Below, piece by piece: positions 8,698 to 16,923 of a stretch of DNA of 64,000 nucleotides. The notes beneath the pieces were generated by a model. The model made no database searches, was not told the origin of the DNA, and saw only the letters and a list, made by a program, of their open reading frames with translations. The translations under genes and the position numbers were made by a program. The stretch comes from an uncultured Solirubrobacterales bacterium. GTDB lineage: Bacteria > Actinomycetota > Thermoleophilia > Solirubrobacterales > 70-9. The stretch covers positions 150,210-214,209 of the forward strand of contig CAWIZH010000003.1 of NCBI GenBank assembly GCA_963840565.1, in the 5' to 3' direction. How positions within the stretch are numbered: the stretch's first letter is position 1; each line of letters starts with the position of its first letter.

Positions 8698-9962
8698 TAC
8701 CCCTCGAGGGCGTAGGCATTGAGGAACTGACGGCGCCAGAAGTAGACGCGCTCCGCCTCGCTCATCCGAGCGAGGTCACAGACCTCCGCCCACTGGGATT
8801 CCACCGTCTCGATCTGGTGGTCGACGATCTCGCGCGCCTCGGCGGCGTTGAGCAGGTAGGTCGCCGCTGCCTCGAGGCAGCCGCTCAGCTGGCTCATCCG
8901 GTAGCCGCTCGGGGCAATCTGCATCGCCTGCGATGCCTCGCCGCCGCTGCGCGGCTGCGGGCAGATGTCGTAGGCAGGAGTCAGCGTCAGCGCCTCGCCG
9001 TCCCAGAAGGCGGCATGGTTGCGCGCGTGATCGTCGGTGTTGCCGACGAGGACGTTGAAGACGATGCGGGCGAAAAGCTCCCGCAGCGTTGCCTTCGGCG
9101 CCGTGAAGCGCTCGCGGACGATCTGGGCCAGGTCGGCGTAGCTCGCGTAACGCGCCTGCATCTCGTCGAGTTCGAGCATGGTCAGCGCCGAGACGATCGC
9201 TCGCCGCCGCTCGCCGCCCGCGACCTCGTCGCGATCGAAGCGCTCGACCAGGAGCACGTCCCTGCCCATCGACTCCCCGAGCTCGACCTTGGCGACATCG
9301 AGCCCAACCCGCGCCGCAAGCTCCATCGCCACAAGCTCCCCCTTTACCACCGCGTAGGTATCGGTCGAGGAGGAGAACTTCGCGATCAACCGGCGCCCGC
9401 CGTCGGTGAGCAGGGCCTTCGGGCGAGCGCCGCCAACCGAGCTGCCGTGCAGCAGGGCGCGGTCCAAATCGCCGGAGAGCGGCTTCTTTTCGTCAACCAG
9501 GCTCGCTGCCTGCTGAAGTTCCTCCAGCGAAGCGCCGTCCCTCGCCCGGGCAACGTAGGCCTCGGCGGACGCTTGAAAATCGAGCGCCCCAATCCGGTCG
9601 GAGCCGGACTCGAGCAGGTAGGTCAGGGGCCCGAACACGGCAGGATCGTCGTCGGCCGCACTGGCCCCCTTTCCGAGCAGATGCCGCATGATCACCCGCT
9701 GCCCCCAAGCGTCCGGCATGGCGTCGTTGATGCAGCCGGCCACGGTCATCCCGTCAAGCGGCGCGATCAGACCCGCTTGCAGGGGCAGCTCCGGCAGGTA
9801 GAGCGAGATCGCCGCGTCGCGGCCGAGATAGCTTTGGCCGTAGTTGAAGTTGACCAGGTCACCGGTGACGTGAAGGCGCCCGGCGACGACCGGCTCGGTC
9901 GCCCGCGGCAGCCAGATCCACACGTAGGCCTCATCCGGCTGTCGCCCGCGCTCAGAACTCAT
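8691..9962 (-). CDS. hipA: HipA-family serine/threonine kinase toxin
   Basis: GSSVGGARPKALL and VGNTDDHARNHAAFWDG motifs. The 423-aa size and the upstream overlapping HTH gene fit the hipBA layout. Confidence 0.85.
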   Translation of the reverse strand: MSSERGRQPDEAYVWIWLPRATEPVVAGRLHVTGDLVNFNYGQSYLGRDAAISLYLPELPLQAGLIAPLDGMTVAGCINDAMPDAWGQRVIMRHLLGKGASAADDDPAVFGPLTYLLESGSDRIGALDFQASAEAYVARARDGASLEELQQAASLVDEKKPLSGDLDRALLHGSSVGGARPKALLTDGGRRLIAKFSSSTDTYAVVKGELVAMELAARVGLDVAKVELGESMGRDVLLVERFDRDEVAGGERRRAIVSALTMLELDEMQARYASYADLAQIVRERFTAPKATLRELFARIVFNVLVGNTDDHARNHAAFWDGEALTLTPAYDICPQPRSGGEASQAMQIAPSGYRMSQLSGCLEAAATYLLNAAEAREIVDHQIETVESQWAEVCDLARMSEAERVYFWRRQFLNAYALEGYR

Positions 9963-10284
9963 CCCTCACGTCCTCCTTGCGAGGCCGCACCCGCTCCGGC
10001 AGCAAGGCGCTGCGGGCACGAGTGCGATCGAGATCGAGCGTCAGCCGCGAGCGATCGGCATGGAACAGGGGAACGCCAACCAGCGAGGCGACCTCGAAGG
10101 TGGTGCCGAGGCGGACGCTCGGATCGCCGCGCTCGATCTTGATCAAGGTGCCAGGTGTGATCCCCGCCCGCTCGGCGAGCTCGGCCTGGGACCAGCGGCG
10201 CTCCCGCCGGGCCATGCGGATCTGCTCCCCCAGCAGCAGGACAGCCTCTTTGGCATAACGGGAATATGCGCGTGCCCGCTTCAT
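9952..10284 (-). CDS. hipB: XRE-family HTH antitoxin (HipB-like)
   Basis: HTH segment WSQAELAERAGITPGTLIKIERG. It overlaps the hipA start by 11 nt. Confidence 0.8.
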   Translation of the reverse strand: MKRARAYSRYAKEAVLLLGEQIRMARRERRWSQAELAERAGITPGTLIKIERGDPSVRLGTTFEVASLVGVPLFHADRSRLTLDLDRTRARSALLPERVRPRKEDVRDEF

Positions 10285-10328
10285 TAGTTCTTCAATATAT
10301 CATATTTTAAAACTATAAACTTCATTAT

Positions 10329-10350
10329 TTCGAAGATGCTATGCTTCGAA
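10329..10350. promoter_or_regulatory. inverted repeat TTCGAAG-N8-CTTCGAA in the AT-rich hipB/dtxR divergent spacer (candidate operator)
   Basis: Perfect 7-bp arms at 10329-10335 and 10344-10350. The surrounding stretch 10285-10345 is strikingly AT-rich (ttcaatatatcatattttaaaactataaac). Confidence 0.4.
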
Positions 10351-10427
10351 TCCGCGTTCCGCCGAGACTCACGCTTGGGATAGCTAGTATCGGATGAGCC
10401 CCGTACTCGACCCCGAAGGAGCGCCCC

Positions 10428-11141
10428 TTGTCGCAGGAAACCGCGACCGTTGCCGAGCAGGAGTACCTGGAGATCATGTTCTGGCTCGAGGAGGCCGGGC
10501 TGCCGATGACCGGCGCCAACATCGCCCGCGCGATGCAGCTCTCGCCCCCCACCGTGCACGAGATGATCGGCCGCCTCGTCAGTGACGGCTACGTCGAGCG
10601 CAAGCCCGACAAGTCGCTCGACTTCACCGCGTCCGGGCGCGAGCACGCCAGCCACATCGTCCGCCGCCACCGCATGATCGAGCGCTTCCTCACCGACGTG
10701 CTCGGCATTCCCTGGGACGAGGTCCACGAGGAGGCGGAGCGGATCGAGCACGCGATGTCGCCGGTGCTGGAGGAGCGGATGCGCGCCGCGATCGGCGACG
10801 CAACCACCTGCCCCCACGGCCACCCGATCGTCGAGGGCGCCCGCGAGCAGGGCTCTCTCCTCTCCGACGTCGAGCCCGGCGCCAAAGTCGTCGTCCTGCG
10901 CTTCGAGAACGAGGCCGAGGAGCTGCTGCACTACCTTAAGGACGCAGGGTTGGATCCAGGTCTGGAGGGCACGGTCGAGAGCTCAGGTGACGACGGTGTC
11001 GTGATCATCTCCGACCAGGGCAGCCACCACGTCTCCAGCAGCGTCGCCGAGACTGTCTCCGTCCGTGCCGACCCGGCACCGCCGCCTCGCGCCACGATCC
11101 CGGAGCAACTCGTCCTATCTAGCGACCGCTACGGTCGCTGA
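10428..11141 (+). CDS. DtxR/IdeR/MntR-family metal-dependent transcriptional repressor
   Basis: N-terminal wHTH, RRHRMIERFL, EEAERIEHAMSP, CPHGHPI and a C-terminal SH3/FeoA-like part. The TTG start is preceded by GAAGGAG. Confidence 0.85.
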   Translation: MSQETATVAEQEYLEIMFWLEEAGLPMTGANIARAMQLSPPTVHEMIGRLVSDGYVERKPDKSLDFTASGREHASHIVRRHRMIERFLTDVLGIPWDEVHEEAERIEHAMSPVLEERMRAAIGDATTCPHGHPIVEGAREQGSLLSDVEPGAKVVVLRFENEAEELLHYLKDAGLDPGLEGTVESSGDDGVVIISDQGSHHVSSSVAETVSVRADPAPPPRATIPEQLVLSSDRYGR

Positions 11142-11241
11142 GACGGCGAAAATCAAGCCTGGCAAGGACGCAGGGAGCGAAGCGTGCTCTGCACGTGAGC
11201 GACTGAGGACGCCGCCAGGCGCCGATTTGCAGCCGTCTCAG
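11138..11241. repeat. spacer-spanning imperfect palindrome mirroring both convergent stop codons
   Basis: CTGAGACGGCGAAAATC (11138-11154) pairs with GATTTGCAGCCGTCTCAG (11224-11241). An inner GCCTGGC (11157-11163) pairs with GCCAGGC (11214-11220). The dtxR TGA and the anti-sigma TCA lie inside the arms. Confidence 0.65.
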
Positions 11242-11930
11242 TTCGGGATCGCGACGCTGACGATTGGCTTGCTCGTCGGCTGAACGCTGCCGCCGCGCGG
11301 CTCGGCGGTGACCATCACCGTGTTGACGCCGTACATGTTGTCGATCGTCGCCGTCGCGGTGCCATCGGAGTTGGGGACGAAGAGCGCCTTCGCCGAAATC
11401 ACCTGCTTGCCGCGCTGCACCCACGCCTGCAGGACCTTGCCGGCAGGGAGCTGGTGCAGGTTGGCGAGGCGCAGCGTGCCCGTTTCGCCCGCGCGCACCA
11501 TCTCCGCGGTGACGCCCGGTGAGTGACCGGTGACCACGGTGGTGGTCTTGGGGCCGCCACCCGAGCCACTGTCGCGGATCGCGTAGCCGCCAACCGCCGC
11601 GATGATCAGGGCCAGCGCCGCCAGGCCGGCAATGGGACGCAGCCCGAACCGCCACCGCGAAGCCTCTCGGGCAGCGGGCGCCGCTTGCGGCCCCGCAGCC
11701 TCCGAACGCACCTGCTCCATCAAGCGACTGCGCAGCGCCGCCGGCGCCTCGACCCGCTCCACCGTCTCCGGCAGCACCCGCACCGCGGGTCGCAACCGCT
11801 GCAGTTCCTGCTCGCACTCCGGGCAGCCGGCGATGTGGCGTTCCAGCTCCGCCGCCTCGCCGGGCTCCAGGGCTCCCAGCAGGTAGGCGGCAATGTCGTC
11901 GCGCCGACGGTCGTGCTCTGTCTCGTTCAT
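11238..11930 (-). CDS. anti-sigma factor (zf-HC2 N-terminus, RskA-like C-terminal domain)
   Basis: HIAGCPECEQEL zinc-finger motif and a central TM segment (IAGLAALALIIAAVGGY). Its start has a 4-nt ATGA overlap with the upstream ECF sigma gene. Confidence 0.8.
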   Translation of the reverse strand: MNETEHDRRRDDIAAYLLGALEPGEAAELERHIAGCPECEQELQRLRPAVRVLPETVERVEAPAALRSRLMEQVRSEAAGPQAAPAAREASRWRFGLRPIAGLAALALIIAAVGGYAIRDSGSGGGPKTTTVVTGHSPGVTAEMVRAGETGTLRLANLHQLPAGKVLQAWVQRGKQVISAKALFVPNSDGTATATIDNMYGVNTVMVTAEPRGGSVQPTSKPIVSVAIPN

Positions 11931-12508
11931 GCCAATCCCCCCGCCAGCTCTCCGCGAATCTTCTCCAAACCGAGTCTCATCCGTCCCTTCACCGTGCCCA
12001 GTGGCACTTCCAGCATCGTCGCGATCTCCGAGTGGCTGAAGCCGCCGAAGTAGGCCAGCTCGATCACCTTCGACTGCTCGCCGGGCAGCTCGCCCAGCGC
12101 ACCGCGCAGCTCGTGCGTCGTCTCACGGCGCAGCGCCTCGGCATCGGTCAGCTCCGCGGCCGGCCGGTGCTCGAGCACCGCATCGTCGTCGAAGTCGAGC
12201 TTCGGCGCCCGTCCCGCCTTGCTGCGCAGGAAGTCGATCGCCCGGTTGCGGACGATGCCGAGCATCCAGGTGCGAACGCTGCCGCGCGCCCGGTCGTAGC
12301 GAGCACCGCTGCGCCAGATCGAGATGAAGGCCTCCTGGACGACGTCTTCGGCCGCCCCTCGCTCGCCGACGATGCGGTAGGCGAGCGAGTAGGCGACCCC
12401 GCCATGGCGGTCGTAGAAGACCTCGAACGCATCGGGATCCTTCTCGCCGATCCGCGGCATCAGCTCCTCATCGGCGAGTCGCTCGGCTTTGCTTGCCCGG
12501 ATCTTCAT
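11927..12508 (-). CDS. ECF (sigma-70 family) RNA polymerase sigma factor
   Basis: Region 2 (AEDVVQEAFISIWR) and region 4 (ELAYFGGFSHSEIATMLEVPLGTVKGRMR) signatures. Confidence 0.88.
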   Translation of the reverse strand: MKIRASKAERLADEELMPRIGEKDPDAFEVFYDRHGGVAYSLAYRIVGERGAAEDVVQEAFISIWRSGARYDRARGSVRTWMLGIVRNRAIDFLRSKAGRAPKLDFDDDAVLEHRPAAELTDAEALRRETTHELRGALGELPGEQSKVIELAYFGGFSHSEIATMLEVPLGTVKGRMRLGLEKIRGELAGGLA

Positions 12509-12531
12509 TTGGCTGCGCTCGTCCTATCCGG

Positions 12532-13170
12532 CTACTGGATGAACGGTTCGACCGCCTTCAGCACCTTAGCTTCGCTCAGTGCCGGGTCGAAGGCGACCGG
12601 TGCCGGTTCGTCCCCGTTCTGCAGCCGGATCGCCGCCGCGTGGCGCGCCTCGACCTGGACGATCGAGCCAGCCGCTTCCAGCACTTCTTTGGACTTGATC
12701 TGCGGAGCGGCGCCGTTGTAGGCGCTGACCCCGGTGTCCTCGAAGGTCTGGGCGAGCTCGAGGAAGCCGGCGGTACCGCTGTAGGGGAAGTCGAATTTCG
12801 GCTCCGCGACGGGCTTGCCGCCGAGCTTCTTGATCGTTTCGGTCAGCGCCCCGACGTGTTCGTCCTCGTCGCGCCCGATCAGGTCGATCAGGCTCTTCAG
12901 GTCACCGCTCGCCTTCGCCCTGCTCTTCGCTTCCTTGTAGAAGCTCGACTCGAGGTACTCGAGCGTGAGGGCAAAGTTGAGGATGTCGACGTCGCTGCTG
13001 CCGGACATCGCCAGTGCCTTGCCGACGAAGGGCCCGACCATTACCGCGCCGTAGACCGCACCGGCCGCCAGCGCTCCCTTGAGGATCACCTCGCTGCGGG
13101 AAAGGTCGTCGCTGTCCTCGTCGATGCGCACACCGGCGAGCTCGGGCTGGGCCAGGATCTGGTCAGTCAT
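12532..13170 (-). CDS. ferritin-like domain protein (desiccation-related-protein/Ferritin_2 type)
   Basis: DILNFALTLEYLESSFY, DEDEHV and QVEARHAA motifs. It is a paralog of the next gene. Confidence 0.7.
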   Translation of the reverse strand: MTDQILAQPELAGVRIDEDSDDLSRSEVILKGALAAGAVYGAVMVGPFVGKALAMSGSSDVDILNFALTLEYLESSFYKEAKSRAKASGDLKSLIDLIGRDEDEHVGALTETIKKLGGKPVAEPKFDFPYSGTAGFLELAQTFEDTGVSAYNGAAPQIKSKEVLEAAGSIVQVEARHAAAIRLQNGDEPAPVAFDPALSEAKVLKAVEPFIQ

Positions 13171-13199
13171 CTCGTTCTCCTTTTCTTTGCGCGCCGGAG

Positions 13200-13868
13200 T
13201 CAGCCGACGATGAAGGGTTCGACGGACTTGAGTACTTCGGCCGCGCCAGCGGGTTTGGCGAAGGCTCCGTCAGGGGTGACCTGTTCGCCGAGCAGCGTGT
13301 TGAGCGCCGCCGCGTGGCGGCCCTCGACGCTGTGGATCGAAAGTGCCGCCGAGAGCACCGAGGCGCCCTTGATGTAGGGCGCCTGGCCGAGGTAGGCGGC
13401 GGCGCCGAGGTTCTCCACCGTCGCGGCCAGTTCGAGCACCGACTTGGCGCTCTTCAGCGGGAATTCGGTCTTCGGCTTCGGCGCCGGGGTGCCCCCCATC
13501 TGCTTGACGAAGCCGGTCAAGGCGGTGACGTGTTCGGCCTCCTCCTCGCCGAACTTGCGGATCGTCGCCAGGTCGGAGCCCTTGAAGAGCCCGCTCTTGA
13601 CGACGTCTTCGTAGAAGGCCGTCTCGAGGTACTCGAGGGTGAGGGCGTAGTTGAGGATGCCGACGTCGCCCTTGCCGAATTTCTCGGTGCCGGACCCGCT
13701 CGTTGCAGCGGCGGTACCGGTCGTGGTCGTCGTGCCGCTGTCGCTGCCGCAGGCGGCGAGGAAGGCCGCCAGCGCGGTCGAGCCGCCGGTCACGGCGAGC
13801 AGCTTGCGCCGCGAGACCGGATCGCTGGCAACGCGGGACAGCGCGCTCTCTTTGTTCGCAACAGCCAT
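13200..13868 (-). CDS. ferritin-like domain protein with Tat-like signal and lipobox
   Basis: SRRKLLAVTGGSTALAAFLAAC (twin-Arg-like plus LAAC lipobox), GILNYALTLEYLETAFY, EEAEHV and SVEGRHAA. Confidence 0.7.
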   Translation of the reverse strand: MAVANKESALSRVASDPVSRRKLLAVTGGSTALAAFLAACGSDSGTTTTTGTAAATSGSGTEKFGKGDVGILNYALTLEYLETAFYEDVVKSGLFKGSDLATIRKFGEEEAEHVTALTGFVKQMGGTPAPKPKTEFPLKSAKSVLELAATVENLGAAAYLGQAPYIKGASVLSAALSIHSVEGRHAAALNTLLGEQVTPDGAFAKPAGAAEVLKSVEPFIVG

Positions 13869-13949
13869 GCTTCCTCCTGGGTAGGGATGGGCTTCTGCCC
13901 ACCACTACGCGCGGCGTTCCAGGTCGGATCAGCGGGAGGGAACTCGGAG

Positions 13950-15053
13950 CTAGGCAGGCGAGCCGGCGCGGACGCGCTCCAGCGCCTGGGCGATGCGCGC
14001 GACCCCCTCGGGGATCCGCTCCGGCGGCACGCTGGCGAAGGAGAGGCGGAGGCTGTTGTCGCCGCCCTCGATCATGAAGTCGGGGCCGGCGACGAAGGCA
14101 ACGCCCTCGCCCTTGGCCTCGGCCAATAGCACGGTCGTGTCGGTGCCCTCGGCGAGGTCGAGCCAGAGGAAGTAGCCACCGCCGGGAACGACGAACTCGG
14201 CCTCGGGGATCTGCTCGCCCAGCGCCCTGACCAGCGCGTCACGGCGGTCGCGCAAGGCGCCTTTGACGAACTCGATGTTGCGGTCGAGCCCGCCGGACTT
14301 GCAGAGCTCGAGCACCACGGCCTCGGCCAGCATGTTCGGCGAGATGTAGGTCTCGTTGGCCCGCTTCGCCAGCTTCGCGATCTGCTCCGCCGGCCCGGCA
14401 AGATAGCCGACCCGCACTCCGGGACTGACCGTCTTCGAGAAGGAAGAGGCGTGAACCACCCGGTCCGCCCTGTCGATCTCGAGCATCGTCTCCAGCGCCT
14501 CGTCCTCGAAGGGGAGCTCGCGGTAGGGGTCGTCCTCGAAGATCCAGAAGCCGTGCTCAGCGGCGAGCTCGACCAGACGCACCCGCTTCTCGGCCGAGAG
14601 CGTGCAGCCCGCCGGGTTGTGGAAGTTGGGAATGATGTGGGCGAGCTTGATCGGCCCCTCGGCAAGCGCGGCTTCGAAAGCCGCGATGTCCAGGCCGTCG
14701 TCCTCGAGCGGCACCGGCACCAGCTCGACCCCGAGCCGCTGCAGCATCAGGAGCGTGCGGTCATAGGTCGGCTGCTCGACGACAACCCGGTCGCCGGCCT
14801 CAAGCAGGTGCTCGAACAGCATCCAGCCCGCCTCGAGCGAGCCATTGGCGACCATCACCTGCGCCGGATCGAGTCCACCATGTCTCTCGGCGATCCACTG
14901 ACACAGTCCTGGGTGCCCGATCCCGGTCCCGTAAGAGAGCGCCTTTTCCCAATCCTCGGCAAGCGCAACCGCGGCAGCCTCAGCCACAGCCTGGCGCGGC
15001 AGGATGTCCGCACTGGGCGCCCCGCGAGCAAAAGAAATCGTGTCACCAGCCAT
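13950..15053 (-). CDS. PLP-dependent aminotransferase (class I/II fold)
   Basis: SFSKTVSPGVRVGY (PLP-lysine context), NFHNPAG, and a length of 367 aa. Confidence 0.75.
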   Translation of the reverse strand: MAGDTISFARGAPSADILPRQAVAEAAAVALAEDWEKALSYGTGIGHPGLCQWIAERHGGLDPAQVMVANGSLEAGWMLFEHLLEAGDRVVVEQPTYDRTLLMLQRLGVELVPVPLEDDGLDIAAFEAALAEGPIKLAHIIPNFHNPAGCTLSAEKRVRLVELAAEHGFWIFEDDPYRELPFEDEALETMLEIDRADRVVHASSFSKTVSPGVRVGYLAGPAEQIAKLAKRANETYISPNMLAEAVVLELCKSGGLDRNIEFVKGALRDRRDALVRALGEQIPEAEFVVPGGGYFLWLDLAEGTDTTVLLAEAKGEGVAFVAGPDFMIEGGDNSLRLSFASVPPERIPEGVARIAQALERVRAGSPA

Positions 15054-15116
15054 GGCGCGACATTAGCAACGCCCACCCGTCGCCGATCCGTGCCTCCAAG
15101 GGGGGAGAACCGGGGC

Positions 15117-15160
15117 GTGTCTGAGCTTAGCCACGACATATCGTGGGAAAGCTCAGACAC
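15117..15160. repeat. 44-nt two-tier perfect hairpin overlapping the predicted DUF559 start
   Basis: GTGTCTGAGCTT ag CCACGA cata TCGTGG ga AAGCTCAGACAC. This gives a 12-bp outer and a 6-bp inner stem. Confidence 0.7.
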
Positions 15161-16051
15161 GTCGGATTGGGATGGCAGATCGTCAAATTGGCCGAGCGAC
15201 AACATGGCGTTGTGGGCCGGGGGCAACTGATCGAGCATGGGATGCCAGCAAGGACCATCGAGGAGTGGGTCCAGAGCGGGCGACTTCACCCAATGCACCG
15301 AGAGGTCTTTGCGGTGGGGCATCCCCGTATCGCAGAGCCTGGGCGCCGATGGGCTGCCGTCCTCGCCTATGGATCCGGAACGCTGCTGAGCCATCGAAGC
15401 GCAGCAGCGCTCTGGGGTCTGGCTCGTCAGCGCTCTCAGCTCATCGACGTCACCGCCCCTACCGGACGCCAGGGAATCGACAGGCGCTCCGGCATCTTCA
15501 TCCATCGCGGGCGACTTCACCCAGAGGATCGTGCCGTTCGGGCTGGGATCCCGGTGACCACGGTCGCTCGCACGCTCTTCGATATGGCTGAATTCGTGAA
15601 CCTCAAGCGCCTCGAATCCGCTTGGGAGGAGGCCGACCGCCTAAACCTGCTGCAGCTGCGTGCCGTAGAGGACGTCTGTGAGCGCGGCTACGGACGGCGC
15701 GCCCTGAAACCGATCCGGCGCCTACTTGCTGAAGCCAGGGCCGCGATGATCACCCGCTCGCCGCTCGAGGACGACTTTGCAGCGCTCTGCCGTGAGCACC
15801 GCCTGCCGATGCCCTCCTTCAACACGACCGTCCTCGGCTACGAGGTCGACGCCCTCTGGCCTGCTCAGCTCCTCGCCGCTGAGCTCGACAGCTGGGAATT
15901 CCACAGTCACCGCGCCGCCTTCGAGCGCGACCGCATCCGAGATGCTGCCCTGCAAGTCGCGGGCTACCGGACCCTCCGCATCACCGACCGCCGCATGAAC
16001 AACGAAGCTCCCACCCTCGCAAACGAGCTTCGAGCGCTGCTCCGGCCCTAA
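15143..16051 (+). CDS. AbiEi_4-like N-terminal / DUF559 (Vsr-like endonuclease fold) domain protein
   Basis: LAERQHGVVGRGQLIEHGMPARTIEEWVQSGRL at the N-terminus and ELDSWEFHSHRAAFERDRIRDAAL...GYRTLRIT at the C-terminus. The start (GTG 15143 or TTG ~15167) is uncertain. Confidence 0.7.
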   Translation: MGKLRHVGLGWQIVKLAERQHGVVGRGQLIEHGMPARTIEEWVQSGRLHPMHREVFAVGHPRIAEPGRRWAAVLAYGSGTLLSHRSAAALWGLARQRSQLIDVTAPTGRQGIDRRSGIFIHRGRLHPEDRAVRAGIPVTTVARTLFDMAEFVNLKRLESAWEEADRLNLLQLRAVEDVCERGYGRRALKPIRRLLAEARAAMITRSPLEDDFAALCREHRLPMPSFNTTVLGYEVDALWPAQLLAAELDSWEFHSHRAAFERDRIRDAALQVAGYRTLRITDRRMNNEAPTLANELRALLRP

Positions 16052-16923
16052 GAGCCGCGCAGGACTTCGACGGCGATCTTGGCCGTCTCAGTAGGGCTTT
16101 CGCCGACCCGCACGCCCTTAGCTTCGAGCGCGTCCTTCTTCGCCTGCGCCGTGCCCGAGGAGCCGGAGATGATCGCCCCGGCGTGGCCCATCTGCTTGCC
16201 GGGAGGCGCGGTGAAGCCGGCGATGTAGGCGACGACTGGCTTGGAGATCTCGCTGGCGATGAACTCGGCCGCCCGCTCCTCGGCGTCGCCGCCGATCTCG
16301 CCGACCATCACGATCAGCTCGGTCTCGGGGTCGGCCTCATACAGCGTCAGGATGTCGATGAAGTCGGAGCCGATGATCGGGTCGCCGCCGATGCCGACGA
16401 TCGAAGAGTTGCCCTCGCCCGCCTGCTTCAGCTCGTTGCCGATCTGGTAGGTCAGCGTGCCCGACTTGGAGACGACGCCGATCTTGCCCGGGTCGAAGAA
16501 CTGGGCGGGAATGATGCCGACGTTGGCCTTGCCCGGCGAGAGCACGCCGGGGCAGTTCGGGCCCATCAGCCGCACCCCGGCCTCCTTCGCCTTCCAATAG
16601 GTCTTCAGCATGTCGAGCACCGGGATCCCCTCGGTGATCGCGATCACCGTGTGCACCCCCGACTCGATCGCCTCGTCGATCGCCGGCGCGGCGAAGCGCG
16701 CCGGCACGAAGATCATCGAGGTGTTGGCGCCGGCCTGCTCTACAGATTCCTTGATCGTGTCGAAGACGGGGACGCCCTCGACGTCCTGCCCGCCCTTGCC
16801 CGGCGTGACGCCCGCGACCAGGTCGGTGCCATAAGCGCGGTTGCGCAGGCCGTGGAAGGAGCCCTCGCGGCCGGTCAGGCCGGAGACGACCAGCTTGGTC
16901 TCGTTGTCGACGACGATCGACAT
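16048..16923 (-). CDS. sucD: succinyl-CoA synthetase alpha subunit
   Basis: VSGLTGREGSFH, IFVPARFAA and SKSGTLTYQ motifs. Its start overlaps the sucC stop by 1 nt. Confidence 0.93.
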   Translation of the reverse strand: MSIVVDNETKLVVSGLTGREGSFHGLRNRAYGTDLVAGVTPGKGGQDVEGVPVFDTIKESVEQAGANTSMIFVPARFAAPAIDEAIESGVHTVIAITEGIPVLDMLKTYWKAKEAGVRLMGPNCPGVLSPGKANVGIIPAQFFDPGKIGVVSKSGTLTYQIGNELKQAGEGNSSIVGIGGDPIIGSDFIDILTLYEADPETELIVMVGEIGGDAEERAAEFIASEISKPVVAYIAGFTAPPGKQMGHAGAIISGSSGTAQAKKDALEAKGVRVGESPTETAKIAVEVLRGS

